Source of the DNA: Chlamydiales bacterium
GTDB lineage: Bacteria > Chlamydiota > Chlamydiia > Chlamydiales > JACKPQ01
NCBI GenBank assembly: GCA_024233435.1
Contig: JACKPQ010000002.1
Span: 286 to 64,285, forward strand
Reading direction: 5' to 3'
Length of the DNA: 64,000 bases
How positions within the stretch are numbered: position 1 is the stretch's first letter; every line of letters starts with the position of its first letter. A program made the position numbers and the translations under genes. This document shows positions 56,764 through 64,000 of the stretch, piece by piece. The notes under the pieces are model-generated. The model ran no database searches, was not told where the DNA came from, and saw only the letters and a program-made list of their open reading frames with translations.

Positions 56764-58860
56764 ATGGCAGAGCGCTCAACAAAAGACAAACTACAGAATG
56801 TACGCAACATTGGCATCATGGCCCACATCGATGCTGGTAAAACGACATGTACAGAACGCATCCTCTACTATTCAGGTAAATCGCACCGTATCGGAGAGGT
56901 CCACGAAGGCGCTGCAACCATGGACTACATGGAGCAAGAGCAAGAGCGCGGCATCACAATTACATCTGCTGCAACTGTCGTTTATTGGAAAGACTTTAAA
57001 ATCAATATCATCGACACTCCTGGCCACGTTGACTTCACTGTGGAAGTAGAGCGTTCACTACGCGTACTCGATAGTGCTGTAGCAGTGATTTGCGCTGTTG
57101 CAGGCGTGCAACCACAATCAGAAACAGTCTGGCGTCAAGCAGAGCGTTACGGAGTGCCACGCATTATCTTTGTTAACAAGATGGACCGCACAGGAGCGGA
57201 TTTTTTCAAGGCTGTGAAGTCTTTAAGAGAGAAGCTAAAAGCCAATGCAGTCCCAGTCCAGTGTCCTATCGGCTCTGAAGGTGACTTCAAAGGGATGGTT
57301 GACCTTGTTTCCATGAAGGCCTACATCTTCAACGACGAGACAATGGGAGCTGACTACGAGATCACCGACATCCCAGAAGATCTAAAAAGCAAGTGTGCAG
57401 AAATGCGTGCAGCTCTTTTAGAAGAGCTAGCAACAGTTGACGAAGATGACGAAGACTTCATGATGAAGGTTCTAGAAAGCCCAGAGTCCCTTACAGAGGA
57501 TGAAATCCACGCTGCCATTCGAAAAGGAGTGATCGCCAACAAGTTCAATCCTGCTCTTTGCGGAACAGCCTTTAAAAATAAGGGCGTGCAGCCTCTTTTA
57601 GACTGTGTCGTAAGATGGATGCCATCCCCTCTCGATAGAGGCGCTGTAAAAGGCATCAACTCTGATACAGAAGAGGCCATTACAGTTGAGCCATCAGACG
57701 ATGCTCCCCTAGCAGCATTAGCTTTTAAAATCATCACAGACCCATATGTGGGCCGCTTAACATTTGTTCGCATCTACGCTGGCACGCTTCAAAAGGGAAC
57801 AGCTATCCTAAACTCGACAAAAGGGAAAAAAGAGCGCGTTTCTAGACTTTTAGAAATGCACGCAAACCAACGAGAAGATAAAGATGCTTTCTTTACAGGT
57901 GATATCGCTGCATGTATTGGTCTTAAGTTCACAACGACAGGTGACACACTCTGCGAAGAGAAGGGAACAATCATTCTAGAGAGAATGGAGTTTCCTGAGC
58001 CTGTTATCTCAATGGCCATTGAACCTAAATCAAAAGCCGATAGAGAAAAGCTTTCAACAGCTCTTAGCTCTCTTTCTGAAGAAGACCCAACATTCCGCGT
58101 AACAAGCAACGAGGAAACAGGTCAAACTCTAATTTCTGGAATGGGCGAGCTCCATCTAGAAATTTTGAAAGACCGCATGTTCCGCGAATTCAAAGTTGAT
58201 GCAAACGTTGGTAACCCACAGGTCTCTTATAAAGAATCAATTCAAGCGCCAGGCAAAGTCGAGACAAAATACGTCAAGCAATCTGGTGGACGTGGTCAAT
58301 ACGCGCACGTTAACCTTGAGATTGAACCTAACGAAAAAGGTGCTGGTAACGTCATCACAAGTAAGATTGTTGGTGGAGCGATTCCGAAGGAATACATTCC
58401 AGCCGTTATCAAAGGGATCGAAGAAGGTCTTGCAACAGGCGTTCTTGCAGGCTATGCCCTTGTAGATGTTAAAGTTAACATTGTTTACGGGTCATACCAT
58501 GAAGTTGACTCTAATGAAATGGCCTTTAAGATCTGCGGATCGATGGCATTGCGCGAATGCGCTAAGAAATGTCAGCCACAACTTCTAGAGCCAATCATGA
58601 AGGTCGTTGTGACAACACCTGAAGATTACTTAGGTGATATCATGGGCGACATCAGCCGAAGACGCGGACGCATCATGAATCAATCTAGTATCGGAGGAGC
58701 TATCGAGATCACATCTGAAGTGCCTCTTCAGGAAATGTTTGGATACTCAACTCAAATGCGCTCACTTTCTGCAGGACGTGCCACCTATACAATGGAACCA
58801 TCCCATTTCGAGCCCGTACCTAAGAAGTTGCAAGAAGAAATTGTACAGCAAAGGAAATAA
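56764..58860 (+). CDS. fusA: translation elongation factor G
   Basis: True start is ATG 56764 ([36 protein letters not shown]). Motifs DTPGHVDF and NKMDR are present, and all five domains are collinear. Confidence 0.97.
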   Translation: MAERSTKDKLQNVRNIGIMAHIDAGKTTCTERILYYSGKSHRIGEVHEGAATMDYMEQEQERGITITSAATVVYWKDFKINIIDTPGHVDFTVEVERSLRVLDSAVAVICAVAGVQPQSETVWRQAERYGVPRIIFVNKMDRTGADFFKAVKSLREKLKANAVPVQCPIGSEGDFKGMVDLVSMKAYIFNDETMGADYEITDIPEDLKSKCAEMRAALLEELATVDEDDEDFMMKVLESPESLTEDEIHAAIRKGVIANKFNPALCGTAFKNKGVQPLLDCVVRWMPSPLDRGAVKGINSDTEEAITVEPSDDAPLAALAFKIITDPYVGRLTFVRIYAGTLQKGTAILNSTKGKKERVSRLLEMHANQREDKDAFFTGDIAACIGLKFTTTGDTLCEEKGTIILERMEFPEPVISMAIEPKSKADREKLSTALSSLSEEDPTFRVTSNEETGQTLISGMGELHLEILKDRMFREFKVDANVGNPQVSYKESIQAPGKVETKYVKQSGGRGQYAHVNLEIEPNEKGAGNVITSKIVGGAIPKEYIPAVIKGIEEGLATGVLAGYALVDVKVNIVYGSYHEVDSNEMAFKICGSMALRECAKKCQPQLLEPIMKVVVTTPEDYLGDIMGDISRRRGRIMNQSSIGGAIEITSEVPLQEMFGYSTQMRSLSAGRATYTMEPSHFEPVPKKLQEEIVQQRK

Positions 58861-58866
58861 AACCAT

Positions 58867-59214
58867 ATGGCAACAAAGACGAAACAACCCGCAGCGCAAC
58901 CACAACAGCGCAAGCGCATTCGCATCCGCCTTAAAGGGTACGACGCGCGCAGCGTGGATAAATCGACAGCAGATATCGTCGAGACAGCAAAGCGCACAGG
59001 TGCACGTGTTGTCGGACCGATCCCACTACCAACAAAGCGTGAAGTATATACAGTACTACGCTCACCTCACGTTGACCGTAAATCACGCGAGCAGTTCGAG
59101 ATGCGCACACACATTCGCATGCTCGATATCTTAAACCCAACAGCTGACACAATTGATAAGCTAAAAGTTCTACCCGTAGCAGCTGGCGTTGACATTAAGA
59201 TCAAAGCTGCTTAA
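58867..59214 (+). CDS. rpsJ: 30S ribosomal protein S10
   Basis: [71 protein letters not shown], with a short extra N-terminal extension. Confidence 0.95.
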   Translation: MATKTKQPAAQPQQRKRIRIRLKGYDARSVDKSTADIVETAKRTGARVVGPIPLPTKREVYTVLRSPHVDRKSREQFEMRTHIRMLDILNPTADTIDKLKVLPVAAGVDIKIKAA

Positions 59215-59249
59215 GCAAAATTTTGGAATAATATCTTTTATTCCTCCCC

Positions 59250-59288
59250 TGCCCGCTTGCTTTCCCCCTCCTAAGCAAGTGGGCTTTT
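59250..59288 (+). terminator. rho-independent terminator after rpsJ
   Basis: 12-bp stem GCCCGCTTGCTT / AAGCAAGTGGGC (one G-T pair), a 10-nt loop, then TTTTT. It lies between convergent genes. Confidence 0.75.
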
Positions 59289-59303
59289 TCGTACTCCAAA
59301 AAG

Positions 59304-60779
59304 CTACTTAATAGATGACTTTGTCAGAAAAGTCTCTCCCTTTTTGACCATTGATGCGATTTCTTGCTTCCATCTCTTTTCACGTTTGTGTGCGTATTTA
59401 AAAACAATATGAGGCAAGATGACAATAGCCAAATAAGCTACGATGAGTATCGTCAAATAGTTTCCATACATAGATCTAGAGATCTCACCTGGTTTGGCAA
59501 AAGCGACAATGAATGCAAAAATTGTCGATCCCAATCCGACTAAAGCGACAACCCAACCCACCGATGCTGGCAGGTTAAAGCGGCGGGGATTATTGGGATT
59601 TTTGACCTTAAGGACCAAATAGGAAATGAACATGAGAACATACATCGTGAGATAGGAAATCACTGTGAGTGCAATGGCTGTGAAAAATGCCATATTTCCC
59701 CCTCCTTGCGATCCAAACGTTAAAACAACCATCCAAATTGTAACTAGCAGGCCCTGCACTAGCATGAGGTGCGTGGGCATGTGGTGCTTATTCATTTTTG
59801 CCAAACGTGGCGGCAATAGCCCTGACTGCGCAGCAAAAAGCATACCGCGCACAGGCCCATTAACCCAGGAGGCAATTTCGGCGATGGCGCTAACTGCAAC
59901 AAGCGCTGCAATGGGATTGCGCGCCCAGCTAAGGCCGTAGTGTGCAAATAAGTAGTTAAAGGCCTCTACAATGCCTGCATTGAGTGAGATAGAGCTCCTT
60001 GGAATTGTCATAGCAATCGTTAAAGAAGCAAGGGATCCAATGACAATTGTTGTGATCACAAGTATGAGAATTGAAAGGGGGTAATTGCGCCCTGGATTTT
60101 TTAGGTGATTAACGTGAACCGCTGATGCTTCCGCTCCCATGAATGCCAAGACAAACGATGCTAGAACAACAAGCGTGCTGCTTTCTTTAAATGAGGGAAA
60201 AAATGTCTTAGAATTTATGACAATTTGAATTGTGTTTCCCTCATGCACAAACATAAAGCCGAGAATAATCAAGATTAGCGCAGGCAACAGAACTCCAAGC
60301 ACAAAACCTGCAGAAGCGATATATTTTGTAATGCGCGTTCCCCAAAAACTTGCTAAAGAAATAATCCAGAAAATCGCAAAAATAATCCCAAATTGCGCCC
60401 AACCTGGCTGACTTAAAATGGGTGCATCAAATAAGTATCCTAAAGCGCCTGTGATGAAGTAGAGCATTGGCACAAACCCAATAGAAATTTCCATGAATTG
60501 CAAATAGATCATCTTAAAGCCCCAGCGCTCACCAAGAGCGGCCGTTCCCCAGCTATAGACGCCCGCATTTGACCAGCCTCCTGCACCTGTCCCCATTTCT
60601 GCTGCAGTTAAGCAGACAGGAATAAACCAAAGAAACCCTGCGAATAGTAAGAAGAAAATAAGTGAAAAGCCAGCCGTTGCAAATGTTGGATAGGTATAAA
60701 TGGTCACTACCATCGAAACGGTGATCATCAAAAAGCCAAATAACCCTAATTTATGTGGCTGATTAAAATTCTTATGCAT
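59304..60779 (-). CDS. APC-superfamily amino acid antiporter, GadC/XasA-like
   Basis: Start at ATG 60779 (MHKNFNQPHKLGLFGFLMITVSMVVTIYTYPTFATAGFSLIFFLLFAGFLWFIPVCLTAAEM). From memory, this and later blocks (KTFFPSF, FMGAEASAVHVN, NPGRNYPL, AEIASWVNGP, LPPRLAKMNKHHMP) are collinear with E. coli GadC. Confidence 0.75.
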   Translation of the reverse strand: MHKNFNQPHKLGLFGFLMITVSMVVTIYTYPTFATAGFSLIFFLLFAGFLWFIPVCLTAAEMGTGAGGWSNAGVYSWGTAALGERWGFKMIYLQFMEISIGFVPMLYFITGALGYLFDAPILSQPGWAQFGIIFAIFWIISLASFWGTRITKYIASAGFVLGVLLPALILIILGFMFVHEGNTIQIVINSKTFFPSFKESSTLVVLASFVLAFMGAEASAVHVNHLKNPGRNYPLSILILVITTIVIGSLASLTIAMTIPRSSISLNAGIVEAFNYLFAHYGLSWARNPIAALVAVSAIAEIASWVNGPVRGMLFAAQSGLLPPRLAKMNKHHMPTHLMLVQGLLVTIWMVVLTFGSQGGGNMAFFTAIALTVISYLTMYVLMFISYLVLKVKNPNNPRRFNLPASVGWVVALVGLGSTIFAFIVAFAKPGEISRSMYGNYLTILIVAYLAIVILPHIVFKYAHKREKRWKQEIASMVKKGETFLTKSSIK

Positions 60780-62037
60780 CGTGTAATCCTTCTTGCAGTA
60801 AATGCACCAGCATCCGATTGCCGGCATTTGTTTTTAATTCTTCATAAGTTGGCGGGCTCCGATGAGCAAAATCTTGCAAATCATCTGTCAACTCAGGATG
60901 AAACTGCGTCGTGAATGAGCGTTTCATCACGCCTGTGTCAAAATCGCGGTAAAAAATACAGGTGGCGGCATTAGCCGTTACTATTTCGCCATTAGAGCGT
61001 GTCGATGCCAAAATCTTGATCGAAAAGGGCAAGCAAAGCAGCCAGTTCAGTGCGCTGCAAGCGAGCTCAGATCTGTGATACAAACACGCCTCGTAGAGCT
61101 TTGTGTAGGCCCAGCTGCAAAAAATAGCCGCCTCTTGCGTGGCAATATCACGATGAAACATATCAATTTTTAGATCCCCTGCATATTGCTGCATTAAATC
61201 AATCAGCCCGCGCGCTTGCGCTGTTAATTCATATGTTTCAATGACCTCTTCTGGGACATTCATATCTGCAGGACTTGGTACTTGATAAGCACATAGAGCA
61301 TGACCTCTGAGCTCTGCCTCTTTATTTTGAGTTGTTGCAAACCGCGCCTCCTCCCAACGCAATCCATCACCCACTTTTGCAATCTGATCAGCAGCTTCGC
61401 AAAGCCCTTTAGGTGCGCCCGCACAAATGGCCTTCACTGCCCGCTTGATTAAGCGCACATGTGCCTCGGCAGCTAGCTGGTGCCCTAAGCAGATGAAGAG
61501 TCCAGGAGCCCCTCCATCCATGCGGGTTAATAGCAGCGCCTCGACTAACTCAAGCAAGTCCTCTCTTGAGCATTTTGGATGGGTAAATGTGTTTTCATCA
61601 TAGACAGCTGGCGCCCCTCCCTCAACAACGAAGGCTGCGCTCTGAGCTGCAAAGCGCGCTAAACAATCTGGATCCATAAACTTTGCATCCTGCCAAACAG
61701 GAAGCAAAAACGTATCTAAATCTCCAACCATTTGAGCGATATAAGCCACATTAATCGATGCGCGAACATCCTCTCCTTGAGGATTTTGACCCACATTCTC
61801 CCATGGTTCAATAATGCATAAGCTATTTCGATGGAGCATTGGATTTTTTTTAATCTGATCAGCGGAGATAATGACTTTTTCAAATGGCGCTGATGAGCCC
61901 CAACCGATCACAGGAATCTGCTTTGATGCAAAGGGGCTTTTAGAACGTCTATCTGCTAAAAACTGCGCAAAATGCGCCTTAATTGTCTGCAAATTGGACT
62001 TGCCCGGCAAATAAAAGCCAGGTTTCTCACGCCACAT
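60772..62037 (-). CDS. atypical class I glutamine amidotransferase / peptidase C26-like hydrolase with large insertions
   Basis: 421 aa. The nucleophile elbow is GLFICLGHQLAAEAH (Cys183) and the His-Glu dyad is TTQFHPE (His380, Glu382). The 197-residue spacing compares with about 90 in canonical enzymes. Its stop overlaps the antiporter start by 8 nt. Confidence 0.55.
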   Translation of the reverse strand: MWREKPGFYLPGKSNLQTIKAHFAQFLADRRSKSPFASKQIPVIGWGSSAPFEKVIISADQIKKNPMLHRNSLCIIEPWENVGQNPQGEDVRASINVAYIAQMVGDLDTFLLPVWQDAKFMDPDCLARFAAQSAAFVVEGGAPAVYDENTFTHPKCSREDLLELVEALLLTRMDGGAPGLFICLGHQLAAEAHVRLIKRAVKAICAGAPKGLCEAADQIAKVGDGLRWEEARFATTQNKEAELRGHALCAYQVPSPADMNVPEEVIETYELTAQARGLIDLMQQYAGDLKIDMFHRDIATQEAAIFCSWAYTKLYEACLYHRSELACSALNWLLCLPFSIKILASTRSNGEIVTANAATCIFYRDFDTGVMKRSFTTQFHPELTDDLQDFAHRSPPTYEELKTNAGNRMLVHLLQEGLHDA

Positions 62038-62090
62038 AAAGCACCCCCCTAAGTCCTCATATAACAGATGAACTTATGGAAGGCAATTAA

Positions 62091-62432
62091 CTAACTGTTA
62101 TGAGGAAACGGATCGTCTGTTTGGGTTGGTCTAAATGGAGGAGGTCGCATTGTATCCATGCGCTTGCCAACGACTTTGCCGTTTGTCATGATGAGAAAAT
62201 AGTGGTTTTGACTCACGATACGAGCACCGACATCAATGCGCTCGATGTACTCCCACTCGTCAGTGTTTCCACCACGGGAATAAATTTTGTAAGGGGTGCC
62301 ATGCTCTGCTTCTACTTCTTTGGCTGTTGCACCTAAAGGGATCGAGGCGAATTCATCAGATGTCATCAATGCTCTATTTTGATAGCAGGCGCATAAAAGC
62401 ACCAAACTTAATATGCCAATCCACTTTTTCAT
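62091..62432 (-). CDS. small outer-membrane lipoprotein, BamE/SmpA-OmlA-like
   Basis: Start at MKKWIGILSLVLLCAC (lipobox). SIPLGATAKEVEAEHGTPYKIY...WEYI...YFLIMTNGKVVG resembles the SmpA_OmlA fold pattern. Confidence 0.5.
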   Translation of the reverse strand: MKKWIGILSLVLLCACYQNRALMTSDEFASIPLGATAKEVEAEHGTPYKIYSRGGNTDEWEYIERIDVGARIVSQNHYFLIMTNGKVVGKRMDTMRPPPFRPTQTDDPFPHNS

Positions 62433-62881
62433 TTTTTCTCCTGCAGCTGTTGCCATATCCGTCCTTGAATTGTTGTGCGATAATCATCTTCAGTCGAGTA
62501 TTCTGCACGCATTTTATAGCTTTTATCGGGCTGAAGCTCATAAAATTCCATCCCCTCAAATCCCATCGCAGGCATCCGAAACTCCCAGGCAATTGTCTTT
62601 TCTGTAACAAGCCCAGTTCCTATAACTTTTCCCATCGACTGGTTTTCTAACTCTATATCAAATTTACCATTTTGGATGTGTGATATGACAAATTGATTGT
62701 TCATGGTTTCAGCAAGGCCTTTGACTTGGATTTCCTGCGTTGAATCGATGAGACCAAATTGATTGACAAATCCAACGTTCCAACGCGTGTAAAAATCGAG
62801 CTCGTCTTTAACCATGTTAAGCTGAATTTTTCCCTCGCCGAGCCATGCCCCTGGCTCGAATAAAAAATGGTGCCCTAACAA
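62429..62881 (-). CDS. hypothetical protein (start uncertain)
   Basis: The ORF is open to 63004, but that part lies inside rodA. A TTG at 62881 preceded by AGAAGG starts just after the rodA stop. The beta-rich sequence has no motif I recognise. Confidence 0.4.
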   Translation of the reverse strand: MLGHHFLFEPGAWLGEGKIQLNMVKDELDFYTRWNVGFVNQFGLIDSTQEIQVKGLAETMNNQFVISHIQNGKFDIELENQSMGKVIGTGLVTEKTIAWEFRMPAMGFEGMEFYELQPDKSYKMRAEYSTEDDYRTTIQGRIWQQLQEKK

Positions 62882-63996
62882 AACATAAACCTTCTGCAAT
62901 AAACACTTTGTAAAAGTCCAAGAGCACTCATTGTCGCAAGCACTGATGATCCTCCATACGTCATTAAGATGAGTGGCACACCTGTGATGGGTAAAAAGCC
63001 ACACATCATGCCGATATTGACGACGACGTGCATCGCCAGATAGACAGCAATTCCAGCTGACAATAACCGACCAAAGGGATCTTTGGCAAGTGCTGTCACT
63101 TGAAAGCTAAAATAAATGAGGCCAAAAAAAGCTGTTAGGACTATAAACACGCCCCAAAGCCCGAATTCTTCAGCAAAGGCTGCAAATACTGAGTCGGTTT
63201 GTGCTGCCGGTAAAAAAGCATTTCCAGTAAATTCACTCTGTCGCCAACCACTCCCTTTAACGCCGCCAACGCTAATGGCCGTTTGCGATGCTCTCTGATG
63301 GTAGGTATCGGGGTTGAGCCGCTCGTATTGATACTCTTTGATCACTTTTGTCGCTATCGGCCGAAAATTCTCATGAGAAATAAATCCTAAAAACATCATG
63401 TTGATGAACACAAGCCCACACATTGCGCAGATTGACATTGCAGCAATCACGCGCCGTTTAATGCCAGCAAAGTAAAACATCACAAGTGTGATTGGCATCA
63501 ACACAAGCGCTGATCCCAAATCTGGCTGCTTTAAAATCAATACAAACGGGATTAAAACAAGCATCGATGCCTGAAACAGTGGAACCCATTGGCGCATCCC
63601 CTTACCCTTTCGCTCAATGAATGCGCTCATTGCAATCACAACAGCGAGCTTTGCGATTTCAGAGGGCTGCAGCTCTGCCCCTATGAGCGGAATGCGGTAC
63701 CATCTGCGCACGTTTTGAATTGGATTGGTAAAAAATAGCCCCAAAAGTAGCACCAAAGCGATGATATACAAAACAGGTGCCCATTTGCGCAAAGTATGGT
63801 AGTCTAAGCCTGCACAGAAAAAATAGGCGCCCCAACCGATGGCAAACCATTGCAGCTGTTTTTTGACAATTGGCGAAAAAAAGACATCGCTACCAGATGT
63901 TGAAGTCAAAACAAGCAGGCTACACCCCATCAACGCCAGAATAATGGGCAGGGGCCGCAAGTCCAAGCGGCGTAAATAGAGGTGATTCCAAAGCAT
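62875..63996 (-). CDS. rodA: SEDS-family peptidoglycan glycosyltransferase (RodA/FtsW)
   Basis: 373 aa, about 10 TM segments. Motifs LQPSEIAKLAVVI, DLGSALV, TDSVFAAFAEEFG and PLILMTYGGSS are present. The size fits RodA better than FtsW. Confidence 0.8.
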   Translation of the reverse strand: MLWNHLYLRRLDLRPLPIILALMGCSLLVLTSTSGSDVFFSPIVKKQLQWFAIGWGAYFFCAGLDYHTLRKWAPVLYIIALVLLLGLFFTNPIQNVRRWYRIPLIGAELQPSEIAKLAVVIAMSAFIERKGKGMRQWVPLFQASMLVLIPFVLILKQPDLGSALVLMPITLVMFYFAGIKRRVIAAMSICAMCGLVFINMMFLGFISHENFRPIATKVIKEYQYERLNPDTYHQRASQTAISVGGVKGSGWRQSEFTGNAFLPAAQTDSVFAAFAEEFGLWGVFIVLTAFFGLIYFSFQVTALAKDPFGRLLSAGIAVYLAMHVVVNIGMMCGFLPITGVPLILMTYGGSSVLATMSALGLLQSVYCRRFMFC

Positions 63997-64000
63997 GGCC

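Noticed and set aside
56764-59214. Missing tuf between fusA and rpsJ, and no rplC after rpsJ, as a possible rearrangement
   Set aside because: To my knowledge rpsL-rpsG-fusA-rpsJ without tuf, detached from the rest of the S10 operon, is the normal Chlamydiae arrangement. A clean terminator follows rpsJ.

Overview
This 64-kb window is chromosomal DNA from a Chlamydia-like bacterium, order Chlamydiales and probably outside the family Chlamydiaceae. The evidence is an Hc1 (HctA) histone-like protein, a Chlamydiales-type 16S 5' end, a tRNA-free 16S-23S spacer, an rpsL-rpsG-fusA-rpsJ cluster without tuf, and cysteine-rich MOMP-like porins. An icd gene, a photolyase and tspO also point to an environmental (amoeba-associated) lineage. 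The genus cannot be resolved without a database search. I call about 65 protein genes, one complete rRNA operon (16S-23S-5S, minus strand), tRNA-Ser(GGA) and tRNA-Phe(GAA). Most of the window is core housekeeping: translation, LPS/lipid A genes kdsD-lpxK-gmhA, an nrdR-dksA-lspA-cinA-methyltransferase chain, a metal ABC transporter, obg and rodA. Eight regions deserve a second look. (1) Two tandem inverse-autotransporter-like proteins carry beta-helix passengers (5.5-9.5 kb). (2) A degenerate, apparently compound integrative island sits at tRNA-Phe (46.8-53.2 kb). It is bounded by three direct copies of the tRNA 3' half and holds an integrase remnant, a carotenoid-cleavage oxygenase, a CbrC-family gene, an orphan toxin/immunity-like remnant and a displaced obg 3' fragment. 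(3) A GadC-like antiporter is translationally coupled to an atypical class-I-glutamine-amidotransferase/C26-like hydrolase with large insertions (59.3-62.0 kb). (4) Two paralogous AAA-ATPase/PD-(D/E)xK (DUF4143-type) genes are each preceded by their own direct repeats. (5) A winged-helix plus nucleotidyltransferase-like pair resembles a toxin-antitoxin module and has palindromic operators. (6) A photolyase-tspO pair lies at 9.6-11.5 kb. (7) A hydrolase-methyltransferase fusion with a signal peptide lies at 45.2-46.8 kb. (8) An orphan HigA-like gene follows an ABC-2 exporter. All functional calls come from reading the translated ORFs and DNA by eye. No searches were run.
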